Of a DNA stretch of 10,737 nt, positions 1 to 6,221 are shown one piece after another. Within the stretch, counting starts at the first letter, position 1, and every line of letters starts with the position of its first letter. The stretch is from a bacterium (GTDB lineage Bacteria > RBG-13-61-14 > DATKZS01): assembly GCA_046484135.1 (NCBI GenBank), contig JAWOBU010000136.1, positions 1-10,737 of the forward strand. The letters run 5' to 3'. The notes under the pieces are model-generated. The model saw only the letters and a list, made by a program, of their open reading frames with translations. It made no database searches and was not told the origin of the DNA. Made by a program: the position numbers and the translations under genes.

Positions 1-103
1 TCCCTCCACCAGCATCTACGGCAATCAGGACGTTTCTCTTAAGTTTCCAATCGGCCACATACAACTCTTCTTTGTCAAATGGACTACACCACTCGGCCAT
101 CCG

Positions 104-130
104 GATAGCCCACACAACTCGTTGTGTGGG
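104..130 (+). repeat. REP-like palindrome A: GATAG-CCCACACAAC-TC-GTTGTGTGGG
   Basis: Perfect 10-bp inverted repeat (109-118/121-130; 11 bp if G108/C131 are included) with a 2-nt centre. It is preceded by ATAG, which resembles the GTAG/GTGG foot of REP sequences. Confidence 0.75.
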
Positions 131-152
131 CAGACTCACGAAGTGGGTCTGC
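130..152 (+). other. Stem-loop GCAGACTCAC-GAA-GTGGGTCTGC directly after palindrome A
   Basis: 10-bp stem with one T-G wobble, closed by a C-GAA-G triloop. Confidence 0.6.
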
Positions 153-257
153 AGGTACATTGTAAAAGATGTTTGCCGCACCCCTCCGGCATCAAATAAT
201 CCGGCTTTCTTCATGTATTTTACCAAACGAAGTGGATTCTCCCATGATCTTTGATCA

Positions 258-284
258 CCCACACAACAAGTTGTGTGGGCCATC
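258..284 (-). repeat. REP-like palindrome B, inverted relative to A: GATGG-CCCACACAAC-TT-GTTGTGTGGG on the - strand
   Basis: Perfect 10-bp inverted repeat at 258-267/270-279. Read on the - strand it is 25/27 identical to palindrome A; 127 nt separate the two. Confidence 0.75.
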
Positions 285-480
285 TTCCGAAAAGGAGTCA
301 TGGCCTACATCAAAGTCCGCGGCTCATGCACGCCCCGGCAGTTTGTGTGTTTTTCTTTTTCACTTTACCTCGAGGCATCCGTGCGTTTTCAAAGAGGACG
401 CGAGAATTTTTGGGGGAAGTTCACGCTGGCCGTACCGTGCTGATCCCTTCGGGAGTTCAGAAGCCGCCATGCAGTTTCTT

Positions 481-2895
481 TCAGTCTTTCCAGCGCTCCG
501 GCCTGACCCCGGTCATAATATAGTGCGTAAAGTCTGTGGAGGCACGGCCCATGGCGCCGGCGCCTTCGGGATCATGTATCCATAAGTTATAGGAACTCCG
601 GGAAAGCTCCTTTTCGTCCTGCACAAGCCGGAGCTCGAGCACGGGGCGCTCGCAGCCGGCAGGTATGGTCTCTTGGAGCTTGCCCGCCTTGGTAAGGCTG
701 TCCTCGGCCACGGTCAGATCAAAGCCCGCCCCTTGCTCGCCGCACAATGAGGTTGTAACACGCGCGTTTTCAAAGCTCTCATGCAGGTCGTTCACAATCA
801 TCAGCCGGGCCTTGAACTCGTCACCCGCCTTCCACCTCCGGTTCTCATAGGCCGCGGTGACCAGCACCGGCTGATACGCCTGCTTTACGGCTTCATAGGA
901 CGCCTTGGGTTTCAGCTCGTAGTCTATTACGGACCAGGAGATGGCGGGCCAGGGATCGTTAAGCATCCAGAAGGCGGTCCCGGTGGTGCGGTACTTCCGT
1001 TGCCGCCAGTGCTCGATGCCGCGCTTCATGTAATGTGCCTGCATGGTCTGGCTTGCCTCTGCATAAGATTCGATGTTGTTCTCATGTCCGATAACGGACA
1101 CGTACTTGTTAAGCTTTGTAAACTGCATGTTGTGATGTTTGAGTACCTCGTTGTTCACCGGCCAAAGATGGTCTTCAGAAACGTATTTCTTCAAGGTCTC
1201 CATCTCCGGGAAAGACTGGAGCCCGAACTCGGAGACCACGGGCGAGACATCGTCAAAGTAGTCGGCAAGGTTCCCCTTGCTGTGCCAGACCACCCAGTTG
1301 TGGGAGTCGCCCTTCACCGGCGACGAGGGCAGAAACCGACGGGTCGGGTCCAGCTTTCCGGTTTTGTTCTCCATGATCTTCACCACGTGCCGGTTGGTCT
1401 TGATGTTGAACTCGTTGCCACCGCACCACATGATAAGGCTCGCATGGTTACGGAGCTGTCGCACTATCTCCGAGACCTCCTGCCGGACCACGTCCTTGTA
1501 GCTTTCCGAACGGGAGTAGCCGCTCGCGAACACGCAGGCGAAAGGAAACTCCTGCCAGACCATGAGACCCATCTGGTCGCAGTAGTCGTAGAACACGCGC
1601 CTCTCCCGGTTGCCGCCTCCCCACACGCGGACCAGGTTGATGTTGGCTTCTTTGGCCATGGTAAGCAGTTTTTTGTAACGGTCTTTACCCGACCTGCCGT
1701 ACATGGCTTCCGGCGGGACCCAGTTGGCGCCACGCATAAAGGCCCGCTTGCCGTTTACGTAAAGGACCCACTCCGGCCAGTCGTCGGGCGCGCCCGGCGC
1801 CGGCTTCCACTCGATCTCCCGGATGCCGAAGCTTTCGGTGGCGGTGTCCGACGTGGACCCGTCAACGATGGCGTTTGCCTGGGCATACATCAGGTTTTGC
1901 TCGCCCATGTCCCACGGCCACCAGAGCTTGGGGTCCGGCACCTGCATGGTAATGTTTACTTCGCCCTGGTTGCCGGGTTTCAGGGAAACGCTTTTTGTTA
2001 TGGGCTTCATGTCGAAGTTTACGGCGTCCACCTTGACCATAAGCCGGGAAGGTACGTGTTTATCCCCTTTTGCGGAAATCTCGCCTTCCAGGTCAACCTC
2101 GATGTCCAGCTCGCCGGAAAGCTCCGGCTTTACAAAGATGTCCTTCACCCGCACCGGGCCGGTCTCGTGAAGGAAAACACCGTCCTTGATACCCGCTCCC
2201 TTGAGCTCGGGGGAGAAGTCCCAGCCCGTGCTCATGGGGGTCTTCAGGTTGTCGCGCATCTCGATCTCGTTTTCAAGGCCGGCCAGTATTCCGGGAAAGC
2301 GGCTCTCATCCGGGCCCTCGCCCATGCCGAAAAGAGTCACCTCGAGCTCTTGCGTGCCGCCGTCCTTGAGATGCTCGGTGATATCAAGCTCGACCCGCGA
2401 GAACATGCCCTCGTGCCTTTCAACAAGCACCTCGCCGTTAAGCTCGATCCGCGAGATGTAATCCAGGCCCGCAAGCGACAGCCACGCCCGTTTGCCACGA
2501 GTCCGCTCATACTGAAAGCCGGTCCGGTAGCGCCAGGCCCGCTCGTCCACCCACTGCACGTCCTTCGAGTTCATGTCCCGGTACGGGTCGGGAATACGGT
2601 CCGCCTTCATGAGAGCGGTGAACACGTCGCCGGGGACCTCTGCCGGAACGCAAGGCGAGAGCTGCTCGAGCGTCTCCCGGTCCAGCTCGCAGAGCTCGAA
2701 CTCGTGAAGCTCCGTCTTTTGCCGCACCGGCCAGTAATCGAGCGCATAGGGGCTGGAAGGTCCGCTGGATTCACATTTCTTGTCCTGGGATGCGGAAATA
2801 ACGAAAAATAAGAGCGCCAGCAAAACCGGGAACCAGACACGGCGAGCTCTTTTACGAGGCTGTTTCCCGGTCATTTGCTTATTCTCTCCAGACAT
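481..2895 (-). CDS. Glycoside hydrolase family 2, beta-mannosidase-like, with N-terminal signal peptide or membrane anchor
   Basis: 804-aa ORF with GH2 beta-mannosidase-type motifs: VPGDV..L, GWDF, RGANWVP, N.VRVWGGG, FYDYCD..GLMVWQEFPFAC, HASLIMWCGGNE (acid/base Glu), SEFGLQSFP (nucleophile Glu), FWMLNDPWPAISWSVIDY. Basic N-region plus hydrophobic VWFPVLLALLFFVISA. G-rich Shine-Dalgarno-like GGGGGGTG lies just upstream of the ATG. Confidence 0.92.
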   Translation of the reverse strand: MSGENKQMTGKQPRKRARRVWFPVLLALLFFVISASQDKKCESSGPSSPYALDYWPVRQKTELHEFELCELDRETLEQLSPCVPAEVPGDVFTALMKADRIPDPYRDMNSKDVQWVDERAWRYRTGFQYERTRGKRAWLSLAGLDYISRIELNGEVLVERHEGMFSRVELDITEHLKDGGTQELEVTLFGMGEGPDESRFPGILAGLENEIEMRDNLKTPMSTGWDFSPELKGAGIKDGVFLHETGPVRVKDIFVKPELSGELDIEVDLEGEISAKGDKHVPSRLMVKVDAVNFDMKPITKSVSLKPGNQGEVNITMQVPDPKLWWPWDMGEQNLMYAQANAIVDGSTSDTATESFGIREIEWKPAPGAPDDWPEWVLYVNGKRAFMRGANWVPPEAMYGRSGKDRYKKLLTMAKEANINLVRVWGGGNRERRVFYDYCDQMGLMVWQEFPFACVFASGYSRSESYKDVVRQEVSEIVRQLRNHASLIMWCGGNEFNIKTNRHVVKIMENKTGKLDPTRRFLPSSPVKGDSHNWVVWHSKGNLADYFDDVSPVVSEFGLQSFPEMETLKKYVSEDHLWPVNNEVLKHHNMQFTKLNKYVSVIGHENNIESYAEASQTMQAHYMKRGIEHWRQRKYRTTGTAFWMLNDPWPAISWSVIDYELKPKASYEAVKQAYQPVLVTAAYENRRWKAGDEFKARLMIVNDLHESFENARVTTSLCGEQGAGFDLTVAEDSLTKAGKLQETIPAGCERPVLELRLVQDEKELSRSSYNLWIHDPEGAGAMGRASTDFTHYIMTGVRPERWKD

Positions 2896-2932
2896 TTTTC
2901 ACCCCCCATAATATCAGCCCTTTTCACCAGTT

Positions 2933-2962
2933 GATTTACAAGACAAGTTACACTTGTGTCAA
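2933..2962 (-). promoter_or_regulatory. Candidate sigma70-type promoter and operator for the GH2 gene
   Basis: Perfect TTGACA on the - strand (2962-2957) with only a weak -10 (GTAAAT or TAAATC at 17-18 nt). The palindrome ACAAGT-TAC-ACTTGT (2943-2957) occupies the spacer. Confidence 0.4.
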
Positions 2963-3051
2963 CAATACAAAAGAGAGGACCGGAGAGTCAACCTTGTTCA
3001 GGGAAGAAAAAGTTTCCGGACCTGTTTGAAAGATATTTTTGAAGGAAGTTC

Positions 3052-3351
3052 TTATAGGGGATTCTTGAGATCCGGGTGTTCCCCAAAGGGTTTGAAGTCG
3101 CGATCACGATGGAGAAGAAACCCTCCTTTATCTATGACAAGTGTAGCGATAAGACAATCAATCATGGAGCGGACAGTAATACACTTTTTGCGTAAAAGGC
3201 GATAGTGTTCTGCCGCTTTTATCATCAGCTCGACACCGGAGACGGAAATAACTTTGAATTCTTGGAGTGCTTCGGTAATCTCTTGGACGGTGTTCTCGTT
3301 ACGGATTCCCTGGAGGATTTCGAGAAAGCTTATTTCAGTAATGGCGATGAT
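3052..3351 (-). pseudogene. vapC: 5'-truncated PIN-domain (VapC-type) toxin gene
   Basis: IAITEISFLEILQG...AAEHYRLLRKKCITVRSMIDCLIA...LLHRDRDF is a typical VapC middle and C-terminus with the conserved E, D and D.D acidic residues. The N-terminal strand carrying the first catalytic Asp (hhhDTS/DSS) is absent from the upstream frames I read, and no antitoxin ORF is apparent. The region is more AT-rich than the flanking genes. Confidence 0.8.
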
Positions 3352-3506
3352 TCCTTTCCGGAAGCCGGCCCGCACAACCTCCGGAAGATGGCCGAGAATG
3401 GGCTATCATGGTGGCTGAGTGGTTCAGTCCATTTGACAAAGAGTTGTATGTTCCCGATTGGAAACAAAGACAGATGTCCTGATTGCTGGAGACGCTTATG
3501 GATGGG
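3343..3506 (-). repeat. Dispersed repeat element, copy 2 (inverted, internally collapsed)
   Basis: Homologous to 1-112 and 270-305. The ~157-nt interior of copy 1 (113-269) is replaced by ~20 nt, leaving a degenerate half-palindrome (GGCCCGCACAAC) and the short inverted pair GATGGCC...GGCTATC (3387-3407). Confidence 0.85.
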
Positions 3507-3559
3507 CTGACCGGCTATAAAAAATGTGGGAACTTCACTTACGAGTTACGCTTTGCGGT

Positions 3560-3591
3560 TTGACCTTGTAATCTTAATGTGTTAATTTACA
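3560..3591 (+). promoter_or_regulatory. Candidate sigma70 promoter of the acyl-CoA dehydrogenase gene with an overlapping imperfect inverted repeat
   Basis: TTGACC (3560-3565), 17 nt, TAATTT (3583-3588), with an extended -10 TG at 3580-3581. TGTAA..TTAA-TGTG-TTAA.TTACA (3567-3591) overlaps it. SD AGGAGG at 3658-3663. Confidence 0.55.
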
Positions 3592-3668
3592 TCCGTTCGT
3601 TTGTTCATAACAGTTGTTATTCGCAAGCGGAGCGGTGAAAAAAGGACTATATTATCAAGGAGGAAGAC

Positions 3669-4817
3669 ATGGGATACGAGAAATATTTCAGTGAAGAGCA
3701 CAACATATTCAGGCAGCAGCTCCGAAACTTTATCGAGAGGGAGCTTGCTCCCCACGCGGACGAGTGGGAGGAAGCGGGAATGTTTCCGCGCGAGGTGTTC
3801 AAGAAGCTGGGGGACCTCGGTTGCCTGGGTCTGCGTTACCCCGAAAAATGGGGCGGCATGGAAGGCGATTACTGGTACACGGTGGTCTTGAACGAGGAGT
3901 TGCCGCGCTGCTTGAACGCGGGCGTGGCACTTAGCATCATGGTCCAGACCGACATGTGCACGCCCGCCATCGTGGGCCACGGCACGGACGAGCAGAAAGA
4001 GGAGTTCCTGGCACCCGCCATCCGGGGCGAGAAGATCGGGGCCATCGGTGTGACCGAACCGGGGGCCGGTTCGGACGTAAAGGCCATCCGGACGCGGGCG
4101 GTAAAGGACGGGGACTACTACGTGATCAACGGGTCCAAGACCTTTATCACCAACGGCAGCCGGGCGGACTGGATCACCCTGGCGGTGAAGACCGACCCGG
4201 AAGGCGGCTATGGCGGCATCTCCATGTTCCTCTTTCCCACCGATACGCCCGGCTTTTCGGTAACGCGGAAGCTGGACAAGCTGGGCAACCGGGGCACGGA
4301 CACGGTGGAGCTTGCTTTCGACGACTGCCGGCTGCATAAAAAATATTTACTTGGAGAAGAGAACAAAGGCTTTTATTATATTATGGAAGGGTTCCAGTAC
4401 GAGCGGCTGGCCGGCGCGGTAGGCATCGTGGCCGGAGCCAAGCTGCTGCTCGACAAGACCATCGAGTACTGCCGGACCCGGGAGGTCTTCGGCAAGCCGG
4501 TTTCCAGGCACCAGGCGAACGCCCACTTGATCGCGGACCTGGCCACCGAGCTGGAAGCCGCCCAGGCGCTTGTTTACCATTGTGCGGACATGGTGAACAA
4601 GGGAGAAAACGCCATCCGGGAGGTCAGCATGTGCAAGCTCTTCACGGGCGAGTTGGCCTGCCGGATCGCCGACCGCTGTTTGCAGCTTCACGGCGGGTAC
4701 GGCTACATCGAGGAGTACTACGTGGCCCGGGCCTTCCGGGACACCAAGCTCGGCACCATCGGCGGCGGCAGCTCCGAGGTCATGAGAGACATCATCGCCC
4801 GGATGATGCAGCTTTAA
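3669..4817 (+). CDS. Acyl-CoA dehydrogenase (LCAD/AtuD-type catalytic position)
   Basis: 382-aa ORF with a strong SD. Motifs IGAIGVTEPGAGSDV, YVINGSKTFITNG, GEENKGF, R..FG, LQLHGGYGY, RD.KLGTIGGGSSE. Gly stands at the MCAD catalytic-Glu position (IGGG), and a Glu is present in FQYERL, the LCAD/IVD-type position. Confidence 0.96.
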   Translation: MGYEKYFSEEHNIFRQQLRNFIERELAPHADEWEEAGMFPREVFKKLGDLGCLGLRYPEKWGGMEGDYWYTVVLNEELPRCLNAGVALSIMVQTDMCTPAIVGHGTDEQKEEFLAPAIRGEKIGAIGVTEPGAGSDVKAIRTRAVKDGDYYVINGSKTFITNGSRADWITLAVKTDPEGGYGGISMFLFPTDTPGFSVTRKLDKLGNRGTDTVELAFDDCRLHKKYLLGEENKGFYYIMEGFQYERLAGAVGIVAGAKLLLDKTIEYCRTREVFGKPVSRHQANAHLIADLATELEAAQALVYHCADMVNKGENAIREVSMCKLFTGELACRIADRCLQLHGGYGYIEEYYVARAFRDTKLGTIGGGSSEVMRDIIARMMQL

Positions 4818-4818
4818 A

Positions 4819-4854
4819 GGCTCCGGATGGTCCCTCTCTCCGGGGCGCGGAGCC
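4819..4854. other. GC-rich intergenic stem-loop after the acyl-CoA dehydrogenase stop
   Basis: GGCTCCG (4819-4825) pairs with CGGAGCC (4848-4854), with an inner GTCCC/GGGGC stem. No U-tract follows on the + strand; an A-rich tract follows instead. Confidence 0.4.
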
Positions 4855-4898
4855 GGAAAGGCGAAAAGAAAAAAGACAAGGAGAGTGAGAGCGGGATC

Positions 4899-6221
4899 AT
4901 GGAGCGATTAAAGACGACGGTTACGATCGGTATTGTTATTTGCGTCCTGGGGGCGGTGCTTCAGGCCTGCCCCCGGGACTCCTCCCCAAAGGACGTGGTT
5001 ACGTCCTCCCAAGAGTCCGGTTCCAAAGAAGAGCTGCAAAAGAAGTACGACCGGCTGGAAGTGCTCTACGACATCCTGCGGAAAGACGACCCTTCCCAGC
5101 AGGAGACCCGGCAGTTCCGGGACTGGATGGCGGAGGCCAAAGAGTCCCTTAAAAATGACAACCCGGCAAAGGCGGCCGACCGGCTGGAGAAAGCAAAAGA
5201 GTGGATGTCCGAGGCCCGGCCGCGCTACTACCGTTCTCATAAAGAGAGGATAGCCTCCGGGGAGTCAGGCAAGAGCTGCAAGGCCCTCATGAGCGAGGCC
5301 CTCGATTACAAGTCCACGGCGGCCGAGGCCGAGCAGAAGGGGGAAAGCTGGACCGCACAGCAGTACTACCGGGCGGCCATGGAGCAGGGAGAGCTCGCGC
5401 TTTTGTGCGCCCGGCAATCTCCTGACAAGGCCATGGTGCTTATAGATCTCTACCCTTCCATGCGGAGCATCTACCGGTCGGCGGGGGCCTTGGAACGGGA
5501 GAAGGAGACGCGGGGCGAGGTTACTGCCTGGCTTCACTCGACCCTGCGGGACATGGAGCAGGAGATTACCGACCGGTTGAGCGGCAAGGCCGAGGGTTAT
5601 GATCAGTCCGCCCTCTCGCGCAACCAGAAGACTTTCGATAAAAAGGCCCGACAGGTCCGAAAGCTCAACCAGAGTTACCTGGAGCTTGCCAGCGCCGCCC
5701 AGTCGCGATTCCCCGAGAGCCGGTTCCAGCCCATGGATTTCTCCGGCCATATATCGAGCTGGGAGAGGGACTGGCACAACTTCTTCCAGGGAAGTCCCGG
5801 CCGGCCCCAGGAGCGGGAGAAAGAGGACAAGGGCGAACAGTTGAAAAAGGAGCTTGAACGGCACAACCGGATCAAACAAGGTGCGAAGAGCATCGAGGGT
5901 TCGGGCATCATCCTGGAAGAACTGGGGGTGTTTTCTTACGGACCGGGTCTGTTCCTCAAGGGCAAAATCCAGAACAAGCGCTCCGAGCCCATCTATAATC
6001 CTCGCGTGGTGGTTACCGGCAGGCTCATGTCCGAGGTGGTGGAGATAGGCTACCACAAGATGTCGCCTCTGTTCAGCGCCACCTTCCGGCTGCCCCTCCA
6101 GCACTTCTCCAGCGAGGCCTATACCCGGAACAAAAATACCCTGCCGTCCCACGAGCTGCTCCTTATCTTCAAGGAGAGGCCGCAGGGACCGGACATAAAA
6201 CTTATAAAGAAGATCAAGTGA
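4899..6221 (+). CDS. Hypothetical exported protein, probable lipoprotein (helical N-terminal region, C-terminal beta-rich domain)
   Basis: Starting at ATG 4899 rather than 4827 gives MERLK, a hydrophobic stretch and a lipobox-like LQA|C, followed by a Ser/Thr/Pro linker. GC-rich third codon positions match the neighbouring genes. The stop overlaps the next start (GTGA). Confidence 0.75.
   Translation: MERLKTTVTIGIVICVLGAVLQACPRDSSPKDVVTSSQESGSKEELQKKYDRLEVLYDILRKDDPSQQETRQFRDWMAEAKESLKNDNPAKAADRLEKAKEWMSEARPRYYRSHKERIASGESGKSCKALMSEALDYKSTAAEAEQKGESWTAQQYYRAAMEQGELALLCARQSPDKAMVLIDLYPSMRSIYRSAGALEREKETRGEVTAWLHSTLRDMEQEITDRLSGKAEGYDQSALSRNQKTFDKKARQVRKLNQSYLELASAAQSRFPESRFQPMDFSGHISSWERDWHNFFQGSPGRPQEREKEDKGEQLKKELERHNRIKQGAKSIEGSGIILEELGVFSYGPGLFLKGKIQNKRSEPIYNPRVVVTGRLMSEVVEIGYHKMSPLFSATFRLPLQHFSSEAYTRNKNTLPSHELLLIFKERPQGPDIKLIKKIK

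Larger units (their letters stand above)
1..305 (+). repeat. Dispersed repeat element, copy 1 (left end outside the window), containing an inverted pair of REP-like palindromes
   Basis: The reverse complement of 1-112 aligns with 3399-3506 at about 80% identity (manual alignment; shared blocks AGTCCATTTGACAAAG, AGTTGTATGT, CCGATTGGAAAC, GTCCTGATTGC). The reverse complement of 270-305 matches 3343-3378 at 30/36. Confidence 0.85.

Noticed and set aside
53..284. Palindromic repeats considered as a CRISPR array
   Set aside because: Only two full units, in inverted orientation and 127 nt apart; no regular repeat-spacer period and no cas genes in the window.
72..585. Short + strand ORFs 72-254, 169-585 and 251-523
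   Set aside because: They run through the palindromic repeat, lack convincing SD sequences or motifs, and two overlap the GH2 3' end.
781..2811. 676-aa ORF on the + strand antisense to the GH2 gene
   Set aside because: Codon-register shadow of a GC-rich gene; rich in H/V/L/R/G with no recognisable motif or SD. Such long antisense frames are common at this GC content.
2820..2860. Twin-arginine (Tat) signal in the GH2 N-terminus (ARRVWF)
   Set aside because: Poor match to S/T-R-R-x-F-L-K; it cannot be told apart from an ordinary basic N-region by eye.
3352..3375. GTG at 3375 as the true start of an intact 107-aa VapC
   Set aside because: These codons belong to the repeat element, and the product would lack the first PIN catalytic Asp.
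2954..3510. ORFs 2954-3205 and 3205-3510 as a possible antitoxin or new genes
   Set aside because: They are antisense to the vapC remnant and partly made of repeat DNA; no RHH, AbrB or Phd-like features.
4827..4898. Upstream ATG start for the lipoprotein
   Set aside because: It lies inside the intergenic stem-loop and would bury the signal peptide behind 24 hydrophilic residues; ATG 4899 gives a normal signal peptide.
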